A stretch of 32,000 bases of DNA from Crocosphaera subtropica ATCC 51142 (lineage in GTDB: Bacteria > Cyanobacteriota > Cyanobacteriia > Cyanobacteriales > Microcystaceae), in assembly GCF_000017845.1 (NCBI RefSeq), contig NC_010546.1, positions 240,001 to 272,000 on the forward strand, in the 5' to 3' direction. Shown piece after piece: positions 31,651 to 32,000 of the stretch. The notes under the pieces were generated by a model. That model was given only the letters and a program-made list of their open reading frames with translations. It had not been told where the DNA came from and searched no databases. Every line of letters starts with the position of its first letter. Position 1 is the first letter of the stretch. The translations under genes were made by a program, and so were the position numbers.

Positions 31651-32000
31651 TTAATTCCTAATAGTTGCTTGACGTAAAGATTTAATTGTATCAAGAACCC
31701 TTTGCCCTACCTTATCAATTTCCTGGCTAGTTGTAAACCTTCCTAAGCCAAATCTCAAGGACGCATAAGCCAGTTTATCCGAATGTCCTAACGCTTTGAG
31801 AACATGGGATGGTTTTGTTGTTGTTGAGGTACAAGCAGAACCAGAAGACAAAGCAACAATTCCTTGTAACCCTAATAATAAAGCAGCCCCGTCTACTGCT
31901 TCTATACTAACATTGAGATTCCCTGCTAAACGTTGTGTTAGGTGTCCATTCAGATGAACTCCTTCTAGGTTTAAAAGTTGTTCCTGAAGTTGATTTCTAA
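31651..32000 (-). CDS. cysteine desulfurase (class V aminotransferase, NifS/IscS-like), C-terminal part; 5' end lies beyond the window
   Basis: My own translation is open to the window edge: ...[87 protein letters not shown].... It contains the SSGSAC active-site loop. The 'M' in the track is a TTG Leu codon inside the gene. Confidence 0.85.
   Translation of the reverse strand, partial: RNQLQEQLLNLEGVHLNGHLTQRLAGNLNVSIEAVDGAALLLGLQGIVALSSGSACTSTTTKPSHVLKALGHSDKLAYASLRFGLGRFTTSQEIDKVGQRVLDTIKSLRQATIRN

Noticed and set aside
1-32000. Scan for tRNA/rRNA genes, CRISPR arrays, reverse transcriptases, and integrase- or defence-type genes.
   Set aside because: - No T-loop (GGTTCGAATCC-like) contexts appear in any intergenic region.
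- There are no regularly spaced direct repeats.
- No ORFs carry RT, integrase or nuclease-defence motifs.
- The only mobile element seen is the IS at 14567-15635.

Overview
This looks like a chromosomal segment from a moderately AT-rich cyanobacterium. The evidence is 12 perfect HIP1 octamers (GCGATCGC), psbA, ndhS, gifA with an NtcA box, and a cyanobacterial-type RNase E. The lineage is probably unicellular and Cyanothece/Crocosphaera-like, but I cannot confirm that without a search.

Most of the window is housekeeping:
- cimA
- an SLC13/TrkA-C transporter
- a three-gene surface-glycan cluster (O-antigen-ligase-like, GT2, GT4)
- ndhS, which is shorter than 60 aa and therefore absent from the ORF track
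- a conserved hypothetical followed by a histidine kinase with a degenerate ATP-binding domain
- cysH, gifA (IF7), der
- one intact IS982-like insertion sequence with a 6-bp target duplication
- aroQ, psbA (D1), a YqeG-type HAD phosphatase
- rne, a MalK/GgtA-like ABC ATPase, a pentapeptide-repeat protein, and a partial cysteine desulfurase

No tRNA, rRNA or CRISPR array was seen.

The best candidate for an undescribed system is the compact minus-strand operon at 21469-26718. It encodes four proteins:
- a 903-aa fusion of an OB-like domain, an AGE-type (alpha/alpha)6 barrel and a DJ-1/PfpI domain
- an NTF2/SnoaL-like protein
- a Pro1 tautomerase-like protein
- a catalytically intact cytoplasmic GH13 enzyme

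This operon lies downstream of an orphan sugar-type ABC ATPase.

Secondary leads:
- an in-frame palindromic insertion inside the IS transposase
- a translationally coupled pair of small genes next to psbA
- a pseudo-kinase-like histidine kinase
- structured elements in the long rne leader
- a 390-bp convergent spacer beside gifA

All functional calls come from motif recognition by eye and from recalled family knowledge. No database search was run.
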